Source: an uncultured Gemmatimonadaceae bacterium (lineage in GTDB: Bacteria; Gemmatimonadota; Gemmatimonadetes; Gemmatimonadales; Gemmatimonadaceae). Taken from it: a stretch of DNA of 64,000 nucleotides. The translations under genes and the position numbers were made by a program. Below are positions 49,801 through 62,591 of the stretch, one piece after another. The notes under the pieces are model-generated. The model was given only the letters and a program-made list of their open reading frames with translations. It had not been told where the DNA came from and ran no database searches. How positions within the stretch are numbered: position 1 is the first letter of the stretch; every line of letters starts with the position of its first letter. The stretch is taken from contig CAWJMB010000003.1 in assembly GCA_963843845.1 (NCBI GenBank), positions 64,001 to 128,000 on the forward strand. The letters are read 5' to 3'.

Positions 49801-50033
49801 CCGATCGGAACGAGGGCGCTGTCGGAGGCGCACGGCTGCCAGACCTGCTGCCGCGCGAAGCGTCCGGTCGTGAAGCGCTCCGCGAGCACTGTCGACTCGG
49901 TGCGGCGCTCGGCGACCGATGCAGGGCGCACGACGTCGCACCCGGCAGCGCCGATCGCACTGGCCACGCCGACTGCACCGGCCGCGCCGACGGCGACCCG
50001 GAATGTCCACACGACCCGCGCGACTCCATGCAC
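46863..50033 (-). CDS. TPR/CHAT-domain caspase-like protease
   Basis: Helical TPR-like body; FHFAGHA (His) and VLSACNT (Cys); SLWDVDD, WAAF; N-terminal hydrophobic stretch ending AAGC. Confidence 0.9.
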   Translation of the reverse strand: MHGVARVVWTFRVAVGAAGAVGVASAIGAAGCDVVRPASVAERRTESTVLAERFTTGRFARQQVWQPCASDSALVPIGRCGAVPSARRTATLLRLTQQVGERRAAGGERGVAAPASRLFALLDLASGVRAPTARAAVTTLDRLAGTPSPDPAALNDLAVASLALAEQEQALRPLLRALDAIERAAARDSSPPVLFNRALLLERLSLVESARAAWSRYVAAEPDAAWRREGAAHAESLARLAAPTVWARGAEGWLADPSLDSQLPAHARAVPQSARETGLALFGAWGHAVASGDSARARRALSLARSIGASLDSIGGDHGLTLAVEHVDTLAASRTRTRTLAGAYARYARGFALYNRGAYDSAAHALGDAERAMRRLRAPGARWAAMYRGLATINDSRYDAADTVLRRALHETAASEPALAGKIVWALGLSQARRGATEAAVPLYRDAIRHMLRARERENRAVLASLLSETLAHAGQSAAGSVEALWGLRLLAPYRSSAFAVSHLTSVAAYTRADTLSFATAAITSEALAAARAIDRPQFVAWAYREHARAFAVLGRRDSARANLQHAERWLARVSPGVGRDRLRADIRLVAAQLVSADDPRAAQRELLDVVRAYQAADAQTAVPNALYQAALASQAVHDDAIARALLDSAARAIESRRARFPSAEVRASYLATTEDVFDALITIALREGDPAAFTYLERSRTAAWGHDPRSRAPTIASVRRALAPGTLLLDYALLRDRTVVWAITHDTWRQVTIPLSRDRARSSVDALLSELGRSAVDSSSARARLFDRLLRPVGAELARASRLVVVLDRELSRIPLVALWDARRSRYLLEQVAEVRTLPNAAFASDAVARGSRWRDVDRALVVGQSAGRAATAGWEALPGADDEATRIAALYRRALVLDGASTDRARALDALPASTLFHFAGHAVADAEQPELSHLVFSGPVVVSAREIGALRLSKTALVVLSACNTLGARPTHAGAVAGIAHSFLRAGAAATVSSLWDVDDGATTELLVTFHERYRRGVPAAMALHAAQLQSLQSHRAAARAPRVWAAFIYTGP

Positions 50034-50445
50034 GACGTCAGTCTACCGCGTGCGGGCGTGGAGCGAAGGGTCGGCGCGGGATGACGAGGAGCGATCCCAG
50101 CGGGGCGAGCGATCCGACATCCGGGACGAACGGGACTTGCGCGCGCGCAAGGAACCGGCCAACGTGAACGGCCGTTTTCGCTCGGCTCGCGAGAGCCGGA
50201 GCGTGGTGGAAGTCCCGCGGGCGCGCGGTGCCGGTGTTGGAGGTATGGACGTCGTCGGCGCAGGAGAAGTTTCGGAGTCCGAACGCCTCGTGCACGACAT
50301 CCAGCGCGGCACCGGCTGAGCGAACGCCGGTACTCCGATCGCGTCGGGTCGGACGATCCTCGAGCGAACGTGTTTTCCCGTTGCGTGGCCGAACGGTGTT
50401 CTGGCCGCGTGACGTCCATCGCACCCAAACAAGGGTCATTTGCTC

Positions 50446-53400
50446 ATGTCTAGTTTCTGGCGACGGCTCGTCGCCGGCGCGCTGACCGGCGTCCCGGCAG
50501 TGGTCGTGGCGCAGCAGGCCACGACGGTCAGCGGCACCGTGACGTCGGACGCGAACCAGCCGATCACCGGCGCGAGCGTGTCGATCACGAGCCTCGGGCT
50601 CGGCGCCGTCACGAATGCCGACGGTCGCTACAGCTTCACGGTCCCGGCCAACCGCGCGACCGGCACCGTCACGCTCTCCATCCGCCGCCTCGGCTTCTCG
50701 CCGCGGACGCAGACGGTCACGCTCGGTCGGGGCCCGGTGACGGCGGACTTCCAGCTCGCCGCGACGGCGAATCAGCTCCAGGGCGTGGTCGTCACGGCGC
50801 TCGGCGTCACGCGCGAGAAGAGCCAGCTGGGCACCGCGCAGCAGCAGATCTCGAGCGCGGAGCTGACGACGACGAAGTCGCAGAACCTCGTCAACCAGCT
50901 CCAGGGCAAGGTCTCGGGCGTCCAGATCACGAGCGGCGGCACGCCGGGCGGTTCGACGAACATCGTCATCCGCGGGCAGAACTCGCTCGCCGGCAACAAC
51001 CAGCCGCTGTTCATCGTCGACGGCGTCCCGGTGTCGAACTCGACGCGCGGCGGCTCGCTCGGCAACGGCTACGACTACGGCAACGCGATCAGCGACCTGA
51101 ACCCGGACGACATCGCGACGCTCACCGTGCTCAAGGGGCCGAACGCCGCGGCGCTCTACGGCTCGCGCGCGGCGAACGGCGTCATCGTCATCACGACGAA
51201 GAAGGGGTCGGCGACGGAGGGGCGGATCCGGACCGAATTCAACTCGTTCGTCACGGCGGACCGGCCGTCGGTGCTCCCCGACTGGCAGAACCAGTACGGG
51301 CAGGGCGCGGGGGGCAGCTTTCAGTTCGTCGACGGCCAGGGGAGCGGCGACTGCGACGGCTGCGACCAGAGCTGGGGCCCGAAGCTCGACGGGCGGCTCA
51401 TCGACCAGTTCACCGGCAAGCAGCAGCCGTGGGTCGCGCACCCGAACAACGTGAACAACTTCTTCGAGACCGGGCTCACGCTCTCGTCGACGCTCGCCGT
51501 CAGCGGCGGCACCGACCGGGCGAACGCGCGCGTCTCGATCGGCGCCGACCAGATCAAGGGGTTCGTGCCGAACAACACGTTCCGCAAGCGCTCGGTGCTG
51601 CTGAGCGGCAACCTCGGCGTGAACAGCAAGCTGAACACGACGGCGACGGTGCAGTACATCCGCAACGGCGGCGTGAACCGCCCCGGCACCGGCTACAGCA
51701 ACTCGATCCTCGAGCAGTTCTTCTGGCTCGGGCGTCAGGTCGACACCGAGGCGCTGCGCGATTACGCGAAGGGGGGCGGCGCGAACGGCGGCCCGCTCAC
51801 GCGCGAGTACAACTGGAACTACAACTACCACAACAACCCGTTCTGGATCCAGTACGAGAACCCGCGCCGCGACAACCGCGACCGCTTCCAGGGCACGCTG
51901 AGCGCGACGTACCAGCTCGCCGAGGGGGTGTCGCTCCTCGCGCGCACGGGCTCCGACATCTTCCGCTTCAACGTCGACCAGAACTACGCGCCGGGCTACA
52001 TCAACGGGACGTACGTCAACACGTCGTACAACGGCGGCTTCGTCTCGATCGACGACTACAACAACGAGAACAACTCCGAGGCGCTGCTCACGGTCGACCG
52101 GCCGCTGACGGGGGCGCTGCGCCTCCAGGCGACGGCGGGCGGCAACCTGCGCAACTCGGTGTTCCAGACGAAGTCGCAGGCGCTCACGGGGCTGCTCGTC
52201 GCTGGGCTGTACAACATCTCGAACGGCGCGATCGACCCGGCCCTGACGCAGCAGACGCTGCGCCGCAAGGTGAACAGCGCGTACGGCTCGGCGGCCGTCA
52301 GCTACAACGGATGGCTCACGGTCGAGGGGACGGCGCGCAACGACTGGTCGTCGACGCTGCCGCGGGGGGAGAACTCGTACTTCTATCCGTCGGGGAACGT
52401 GTCCTTCGTGCTCACGGATGCGGTGCCGTCGCTCAAGAACCGCTGGCTCAGCTACGCGAAGCTGCGCGGCTCGGTCGCGCAGGTCGGCAACGACGCCGAC
52501 CCGTACCAGCTCCAGACGGTGTTCAACGGCAACTCGGTCAAGTTCGGCACACTGCCGCAGTACTCGCTGAACGACGTGCTCGCGAACGCGACGCTCAAGC
52601 CGGAGATCACGCACTCGGACGAGGGCGGGCTCGAGCTCGGGCTGTTCGACGGCCGCGTGACCTTCGACGGCTCGGTGTACAACAAGTACACGCAGAACCA
52701 GATCTTCAACGTCGCGATCTCGGCCGCGTCGGGCTTCACGAACCGCGCGATCAACGCCGGCAAGATCACGAACAAGGGCGTCGAGGCGCTCATCAGCGTC
52801 GACGCGGTGCGCGACTGGCACGGCCTCGGGTGGTCGAGCCAGTTCAACTACGCGCGGAACCGCAACGCGGTCGCCGAGCTCACGCAGGGCGTCAGCTCGA
52901 TCGTGCTGAGCCAGGGCCTGTTCGGCGACATCAGCGTCGAGGCGCGCGTCGGCGAGCCGTTCGGCGTCATCCGCACGAAGGCGTTCGAGCGCGACGCCCA
53001 GGGGCGGCTCGTCGTCGACGGCGGCCTCCCGATCCAGGAGGACACGCTCACCGCCTTCGGCAACATCCAGGCGAAGTGGACGGGGGGGTGGAACAACACG
53101 TTCAGCTACAAGGGGGTCACGCTGAACGCGCTCGTCGACTTCCGCCGCGGCGGGAAGCTGGTCAGCTACACGAACTACATCGGCGACTACTCGGGCGTGC
53201 TCGCGAGCTCGCTCCGCGGGCGTGAGGCCGACTACGACGCGCCCGGCTACGTCGTGCGCGGCGTCACGGCGACTGGCGCCGCGAACGCGGACACCGTCAC
53301 GTCGGAGCAGTACTTCCAGTCGCTCTTCGGCTCGCTCGAGAACTACATCTTCGACGCGGGCTACGCGCGGCTCCGCGAGCTGCGCGTCGGCTTCGACCTG

Positions 53401-53598
53401 CCGGCCCGCATCTCGCGCCGCCTGAGCGCCGAGAACGTCAGCCTCACGCTGACCGGGCGGAACCTGTTCTTCTTCTCGAAGAACGCGCCGAACATCGACC
53501 CCGAGTTCGCCTACAACACGGGCAACTTCCAGGGCGTCGAGTACGCCTTCCCGTCGAACCCGCGCAGCATCGGCATCAACGTGCGCGTCACGCCGTGA
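50446..53598 (+). CDS. SusC/RagA-family TonB-dependent outer-membrane transporter
   Basis: Signal peptide; VVVTALG, PLFIVDGVP, VLKGPNAAALYGSRAANGVIVITTKKG, RNDWSSTLP, LKPE. Confidence 0.96.
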   Translation: MSSFWRRLVAGALTGVPAVVVAQQATTVSGTVTSDANQPITGASVSITSLGLGAVTNADGRYSFTVPANRATGTVTLSIRRLGFSPRTQTVTLGRGPVTADFQLAATANQLQGVVVTALGVTREKSQLGTAQQQISSAELTTTKSQNLVNQLQGKVSGVQITSGGTPGGSTNIVIRGQNSLAGNNQPLFIVDGVPVSNSTRGGSLGNGYDYGNAISDLNPDDIATLTVLKGPNAAALYGSRAANGVIVITTKKGSATEGRIRTEFNSFVTADRPSVLPDWQNQYGQGAGGSFQFVDGQGSGDCDGCDQSWGPKLDGRLIDQFTGKQQPWVAHPNNVNNFFETGLTLSSTLAVSGGTDRANARVSIGADQIKGFVPNNTFRKRSVLLSGNLGVNSKLNTTATVQYIRNGGVNRPGTGYSNSILEQFFWLGRQVDTEALRDYAKGGGANGGPLTREYNWNYNYHNNPFWIQYENPRRDNRDRFQGTLSATYQLAEGVSLLARTGSDIFRFNVDQNYAPGYINGTYVNTSYNGGFVSIDDYNNENNSEALLTVDRPLTGALRLQATAGGNLRNSVFQTKSQALTGLLVAGLYNISNGAIDPALTQQTLRRKVNSAYGSAAVSYNGWLTVEGTARNDWSSTLPRGENSYFYPSGNVSFVLTDAVPSLKNRWLSYAKLRGSVAQVGNDADPYQLQTVFNGNSVKFGTLPQYSLNDVLANATLKPEITHSDEGGLELGLFDGRVTFDGSVYNKYTQNQIFNVAISAASGFTNRAINAGKITNKGVEALISVDAVRDWHGLGWSSQFNYARNRNAVAELTQGVSSIVLSQGLFGDISVEARVGEPFGVIRTKAFERDAQGRLVVDGGLPIQEDTLTAFGNIQAKWTGGWNNTFSYKGVTLNALVDFRRGGKLVSYTNYIGDYSGVLASSLRGREADYDAPGYVVRGVTATGAANADTVTSEQYFQSLFGSLENYIFDAGYARLRELRVGFDLPARISRRLSAENVSLTLTGRNLFFFSKNAPNIDPEFAYNTGNFQGVEYAFPSNPRSIGINVRVTP

Positions 53599-53627
53599 CC
53601 TCGCCTCTGACGCCCACCCGAGAACTC

Positions 53628-55250
53628 ATGACTACTCAGCAGACCACGCCCGGCGGGCGCGCGGCCGCCTGGTCGGCGCTCCGCGGCGCCGCCCTGCTCG
53701 CCGGCGCGCTCGCCGCGGCCGCGTGCGATACGGACTCGATCACCGACATCAACGTCAACCCGAACAGCCCGATCACCGCGCCGTCCGGCCCGGTGTTCAC
53801 GACGGCGGCACGCGTCGCCGTCACCCGCTGGCTCGGCAGCGGCTACTCGCTGCGCGCGACGGAGCTCGTCGCGCAGCACGTGGCCGAGGTGCAGTACCCG
53901 GAGAGCGACCAGTACATCCGCCTCGGCGCGAACAGCACGAGCGGCTTCTTCGACAACGCGTACGCGGGCGAGCTCGAGGACCTGACGCAGGTCGCGAAGG
54001 CCGGGCAGGCGACGAAGGACCCGGGGATCTACGCGCCGGCGCTCGCGCTGCGCGCCTGGGTGTTCGGCTACCTCACCGACACGTTCGGCGACATCCCGTA
54101 CACGCAGGCGCTCCAGGGCGACTCGTCGGTCTCGGTGACGAGCCCGACGTACGACGCGCAGAAGGACGTCTACACGGGGCTGTTCACGACGCTCACGCAG
54201 GTCAGCGCCGACCTCGCGTCGGCGCCGGCGGGGGGCCGCACCCTCGGCACCGCGGACCCGATCTTCTCGGGGAACTTCGCGGCGTGGCAGCGGTTCGCGA
54301 ACTCGCTCCGCGCGCGTCAGGCGATGCGCCTCGCGAACGTGGACCCGACGACGGCGCGCACGCAGGTGGCCGCCGCGCTCGCCGCGCCCGGCGGGCTCAT
54401 CTCGTCGAACGCCCAGAACGCGCGGCTCACGTGGCCAGGCGGCGTGAACGCGAACAGCAACTCGTGGGCGGTGAACTTCCAGTCGCGCGACGACCACCGC
54501 ATCTCGAACACGTTCATGACGGTGCTGCGCGACCGGAGCGACCCGCGCGTGACCGTCTGGGCGCAGCTCGCGCAGCGCGACACGAGTGCCGGTCCGATCG
54601 TGAAGTACTGCGCGGGCACGACGCCGTGCTACGTCGGGCTGCAGAACGCGCTGCAGCACTCGCAGGCGTCGCCGTTCGTGCCCTACACGTCGCGTCCGGG
54701 CATCATCTTCTACCCGGCCTCGACGACCTACGGGGTGCGCGGCGGCGCCGGGACGACGACGCCGTCCTATCTCATGACGTTCGCCGAGGTCAGCTTCATC
54801 AAGGCCGAGGCGGCGGAGCGCGGATGGATCGCCGGCAGCGCGGCGACGTTCTACCAGGACGGCATCCGCGCCTCGATGCAGCAGTGGGGGGTGAGCGACG
54901 CCGCGATCGCGACCTACCTCGCGCAGCCGAATGTCGCGTACACGCCGGGGACGGCGGGGCTCAAGCAGATCGCGATCCAGAAGTGGATGGCGCTGTTCAC
55001 GGACGGCGGCCAGGCGTGGGCGGAGTTCCGCCGCACCTGCCAGCCGGCGACGATCAAGCCGGGCCCGTCGGCGAACATCAATCAGATCCCGCGGCGCTTC
55101 GCGTACTCGGTGACCGAGGTCCTGACCAACAAGGCGAACGTCGACGCCGCGATCGCGCGGCAGGGGGCGGACGACCTGACGGCGCGGATGTACTGGGACA
55201 AGGCGCCGACGGCGGCCCCCACGTACGAGGCAGGGTGCGGGGTCCGCTGA
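53628..55250 (+). CDS. SusD/RagB-family lipoprotein
   Basis: Lipobox AAAC; NVNPN; TDTFGDIPY; FANSLR; QKWMALF..AWAEFRR; alternative GTG start at 53595. Confidence 0.93.
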   Translation: MTTQQTTPGGRAAAWSALRGAALLAGALAAAACDTDSITDINVNPNSPITAPSGPVFTTAARVAVTRWLGSGYSLRATELVAQHVAEVQYPESDQYIRLGANSTSGFFDNAYAGELEDLTQVAKAGQATKDPGIYAPALALRAWVFGYLTDTFGDIPYTQALQGDSSVSVTSPTYDAQKDVYTGLFTTLTQVSADLASAPAGGRTLGTADPIFSGNFAAWQRFANSLRARQAMRLANVDPTTARTQVAAALAAPGGLISSNAQNARLTWPGGVNANSNSWAVNFQSRDDHRISNTFMTVLRDRSDPRVTVWAQLAQRDTSAGPIVKYCAGTTPCYVGLQNALQHSQASPFVPYTSRPGIIFYPASTTYGVRGGAGTTTPSYLMTFAEVSFIKAEAAERGWIAGSAATFYQDGIRASMQQWGVSDAAIATYLAQPNVAYTPGTAGLKQIAIQKWMALFTDGGQAWAEFRRTCQPATIKPGPSANINQIPRRFAYSVTEVLTNKANVDAAIARQGADDLTARMYWDKAPTAAPTYEAGCGVR

Positions 55251-56345
<1,095 letters not shown>

Positions 56346-56351
56346 TCGCGC

Positions 56352-57104
56352 CTAACGCGTCCACACGAGGATCGCGCCGCACGGATTGCGCAGGTCGCGG
56401 AACTGCGCGGGCACCGTGGCCGGCGAGACGTAGACTTCGATCGCCGCCATGTCGTTCACGCCGACCACCTCGTCGAGCTCCGCGTCGGGGGTGCGGACGC
56501 CGTCGACCCAGACCATCGGCTGGCAGTTGCGAAAGCGCACCGCCGAGCCGATACGCCCCGACGGCACGAGCGTCACGCCGGGCGCGCCGCGGATCGCGTC
56601 GCTCGCGCGCTGCGGCTTCTTCTTCCGGAGCTCGGCCAGGTCGAGGAAGTAGCCGCCACGGTGCATCGACCGGCGCTGCTGGAACGAGGCGATGCGCGCG
56701 TTCGACGTCGAGGGGTCGTCGACGACGGTGACGCCGTCGACGTCCTGCGCCGCGGCGACGAGCACCACGTCGAGCGCGCCTTCGGCCCGCGTTCCGTTCG
56801 CCCGGAGCGACGCCGCGTCGATCCGTACCTGGCGTGCCTGGAAGCCGAGTCGGCGCACGGTGAGCACCGCGCTGCCGGCCGGGCCGCTCACGGCGTAGTG
56901 CCCGTCACTGCGCGTGTGCATCGCCGCCGACTCGACGCCGCCGACCGTGAGCCGCACGTCGACGTCGGCGATCGGCGCGCGCGACGCGTCGGTGATGACG
57001 CCGGAGAGCATGATGAACTGCGGCGCCGGCGCCGGCGGCTGCGCGGCGAGGCAGGGGGCCGTCAGGCAGACCGCCGTGACGGAGATCGTGTACAGCGTAC
57101 GCAT
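56352..57104 (-). CDS. Secreted carboxypeptidase-regulatory-like domain plus TonB plug-like domain protein
   Basis: Signal peptide MRTLYT; SGVITD..API; VRRLGF; C.P.VWVDG; AIEVY; CGAILVWTR; real start at 57104. Confidence 0.8.
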   Translation of the reverse strand: MRTLYTISVTAVCLTAPCLAAQPPAPAPQFIMLSGVITDASRAPIADVDVRLTVGGVESAAMHTRSDGHYAVSGPAGSAVLTVRRLGFQARQVRIDAASLRANGTRAEGALDVVLVAAAQDVDGVTVVDDPSTSNARIASFQQRRSMHRGGYFLDLAELRKKKPQRASDAIRGAPGVTLVPSGRIGSAVRFRNCQPMVWVDGVRTPDAELDEVVGVNDMAAIEVYVSPATVPAQFRDLRNPCGAILVWTR

Positions 57105-57115
57105 CGGTGCTCCGG

Positions 57116-57844
57116 TCAGCGCGTCATGCCGTAAATCAGGTAGTTCGTCGCGATCTTGTACGCGTCGTTCGAGACGTTCACCGGGAAGTATCCCTGCCCG
57201 GACCACTCCATGAAGTCGCCGACGTCGGTGTTGTAGTTGACGACGACCGTCAGCCGCTTCGTCGGATCGTTGTCCTCGTGAACGCCGAGGAACTCGGCGC
57301 GCAGCCGCGAGTCCTGCGGGTGCGACATGCGGAGCGAGTCGAGGCGGAAGAAGGCGTCGAACACCGGGTCGGACGGACCGATGGGGACGAAGCGGGCCTC
57401 GGGGAGCACGCGGCGCAGCTGCCGCTCGAAGTTGTCCCACTCGCCGCGCATGAAGTCGTCGACGATGAGGAAGCCGCCCTTCGCGAGATACGTGCGCAGC
57501 CCCTCGACCTCGCGGTCGCTCGGCAGCCAGTAGCCGGGCTCGGAGAGGTACGCGATCGGGTCGCGGAGCAGCGCCGGGTCGTCGAGCGTGTGGATGTTGC
57601 TGCCGGTCACGTGTGGCCGCACGGTCGTCAGCTCGTCGACGATGCGCATGAAGTTGCGCTCCATGTCCGGGTAGTCGAACTCCCAGCCGCTGCGTCGGTA
57701 GACGGTGTAGCGGATGCGCGCGAACGTGAAGCGGCCGTCGTACGCCACGTTCGGGTCGAACCGCATGAAGCGCTGCGAGCCGGCGTCGGTCGTCGCGGCG
57801 AGGAGGGCGCCTACCAGCACGCCGCGGAGCACGGAACGTCGCAT
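57116..57844 (-). CDS. DUF4159-family protein
   Basis: FTFARIRY, WEFDYP, YLSEPG.W, LRTYLAKGGFLIVDDF, N.D.GDF.EW; alternative GTG start at 57877. Confidence 0.8.
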   Translation of the reverse strand: MRRSVLRGVLVGALLAATTDAGSQRFMRFDPNVAYDGRFTFARIRYTVYRRSGWEFDYPDMERNFMRIVDELTTVRPHVTGSNIHTLDDPALLRDPIAYLSEPGYWLPSDREVEGLRTYLAKGGFLIVDDFMRGEWDNFERQLRRVLPEARFVPIGPSDPVFDAFFRLDSLRMSHPQDSRLRAEFLGVHEDNDPTKRLTVVVNYNTDVGDFMEWSGQGYFPVNVSNDAYKIATNYLIYGMTR

Positions 57845-57901
57845 GACGAAGAGTCGAAGAGCGGACAGGCGCCCCACGAGCGACTGCGGGCCCGGCGGGT
57901 A

Positions 57902-61053
<3,152 letters not shown>

Positions 61054-61089
61054 GCCGAGAAGTTTGGCGCGCGGCTACATTCGTCGCCA

Positions 61090-61719
61090 ATGTCGCCCCC
61101 GCCCCGATCGACGCCACGGCGCGTGACGTACGACCGCGCCTACTTCGACAAGTGGTACCGCACCCCGGGCTCGCGCGTGCGCACGGCGGCGCAGTGGACG
61201 CGCCTCGTCACCTTCGTGCTCGCCGCCGCCGACCACGTCCTCGGCCGGCCGGTGCGGACGGTGCTCGACGTCGGCGCGGGGGAGGGGAACTGGCAGCCGG
61301 TGCTGCGGCGACTGCGCCCGAGCGTTCGCTACCAGGGCGTCGACCCGAGCGAGTACGCGGTGCGGCGGTTCGGCCGGCGGCGCACGATCGCGTTAGGCGA
61401 CCTCGCGTCGCTCGACACGCTCGCCCTGTCGCACGACCGCTACGACCTCGTCATCGCGAACGGGGTGCTCAACTACCTCGAGCCCGACGCGCTCCGCGCC
61501 GCGCTGCCGCGACTGGCGGCGCGGGCGAGCGGCATGCTGTTCCTCGAGCTCTACACGAACGCCGACGACATCAAGGGCGACACGGGCTTTCCGCAGTTCC
61601 GCCCGGCGACGTGGTACCGGCGCACGCTGCACGACGCGGGGCTCGTCGCGTGCGGGCTGCACTGCTACGTGCGGCGTGACGAGACGTGGCGGCTGGCGGA
61701 GCTGGAGCGGTCGGGCTGA
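61090..61719 (+). CDS. Class I SAM-dependent methyltransferase
   Basis: YDRAYFDKWY, VLDVGAGEG, GVDPS, YDLVIANGVLNY. Confidence 0.85.
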   Translation: MSPPPRSTPRRVTYDRAYFDKWYRTPGSRVRTAAQWTRLVTFVLAAADHVLGRPVRTVLDVGAGEGNWQPVLRRLRPSVRYQGVDPSEYAVRRFGRRRTIALGDLASLDTLALSHDRYDLVIANGVLNYLEPDALRAALPRLAARASGMLFLELYTNADDIKGDTGFPQFRPATWYRRTLHDAGLVACGLHCYVRRDETWRLAELERSG

Positions 61720-61790
61720 GGCGAGGCAGTCGCGGCGGACGTGCCGCCTCGTGCTCGACGTCGATGCCACGCCGGTACGTGCTCGCCGCG

Positions 61791-62591
61791 TCAGGCGGTC
61801 GCGTCCGCGCCGTGCAGCAGCGTCCGCGTCGCCGCGTGCGACGGCGCGTCCACCACCTCGCGCGACGGTCCCTCCTCGACCACCTGCCCGTCGGCGAGCA
61901 CGGCGACACGGTCGGTGTAGCCGCGCACGAAGTCGACGTCGTGCGTCGAGATGAGCAGCCCGCGCCCCTGCGCCGCGAGCGCGCGCAGCGTGTCGCCCAG
62001 CGCGGCCCGCCGCGCCGGGTCGAGCGCGGCGGTCGGCTCGTCCATGAGCAGGAAGCGCGGGGTCCGGGGCGAGCGCCCGGGCGATCGCGACGCGCTGCGC
62101 CTGGCCGCCCGAGAGCTCGCGCGGGTACGCCCCGGCGCGCGCGTCGACCCCGAGCTCCGCCAGCAGCGCGTGCGCGCGCGACTCGGCCGCGCGCGCGCGG
62201 CCAGCGCGTGCACTGGAGCGGCGCGAGCGTGACGTTGTCGAGCGCGGTGAGGTGCTCGAACAGGGCGTGCGCCTGGAACACCATGCCCACCGCGCGGCGC
62301 AGCGCGCGCAGCCGCGACTCGGGCGGAACGGGCCCGGGCGCGAGCGCGAGTGCCGTGACCGGCCACGCTCACCGTGATGCGCCCCGACGAGAACGGCTGC
62401 AGCGCGGCGACCGAGCGGAGGATCGTCGACTTGCCGGAGCCGGAGAGCCCCATGAGCGCGCGCACCTCGCCGGGCGCCACGTCGAGGTCGACGCCGCGCA
62501 GCATGTGCAGCGCGCCCGCCGCGGAGCCACGCGAGACGTGCAGCGCGCGCACCACGAGCCCGGGCGCCGACCCGGCCGGGACCGAGCTCAT
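61791..62591 (-). CDS. Polar amino-acid ABC transporter ATP-binding subunit (frameshifted)
   Basis: GLSGSGKST, GMVFQ, LSGGQ-type signature, LMDEPTAALD, ISTH. Confidence 0.85.
   Translation of the reverse strand: MSSVPAGSAPGLVVRALHVSRGSAAGALHMLRGVDLDVAPGEVRALMGLSGSGKSTILRSVAALQPFSSGRITVSVAGHGTRARARARSARVAAARAAPRGGHGVPGARPVRAPHRARQRHARAAPVHALAARARPSRARTRCWRSSGSTRAPGRTRASSRAARRSASRSPGRSPRTPRFLLMDEPTAALDPARRAALGDTLRALAAQGRGLLISTHDVDFVRGYTDRVAVLADGQVVEEGPSREVVDAPSHAATRTLLHGADATA

Noticed and set aside
50034..50445. Small ORFs or an ncRNA in the CHAT/susC divergent gap
   Set aside because: No convincing RBS, coding composition or recognisable RNA structure
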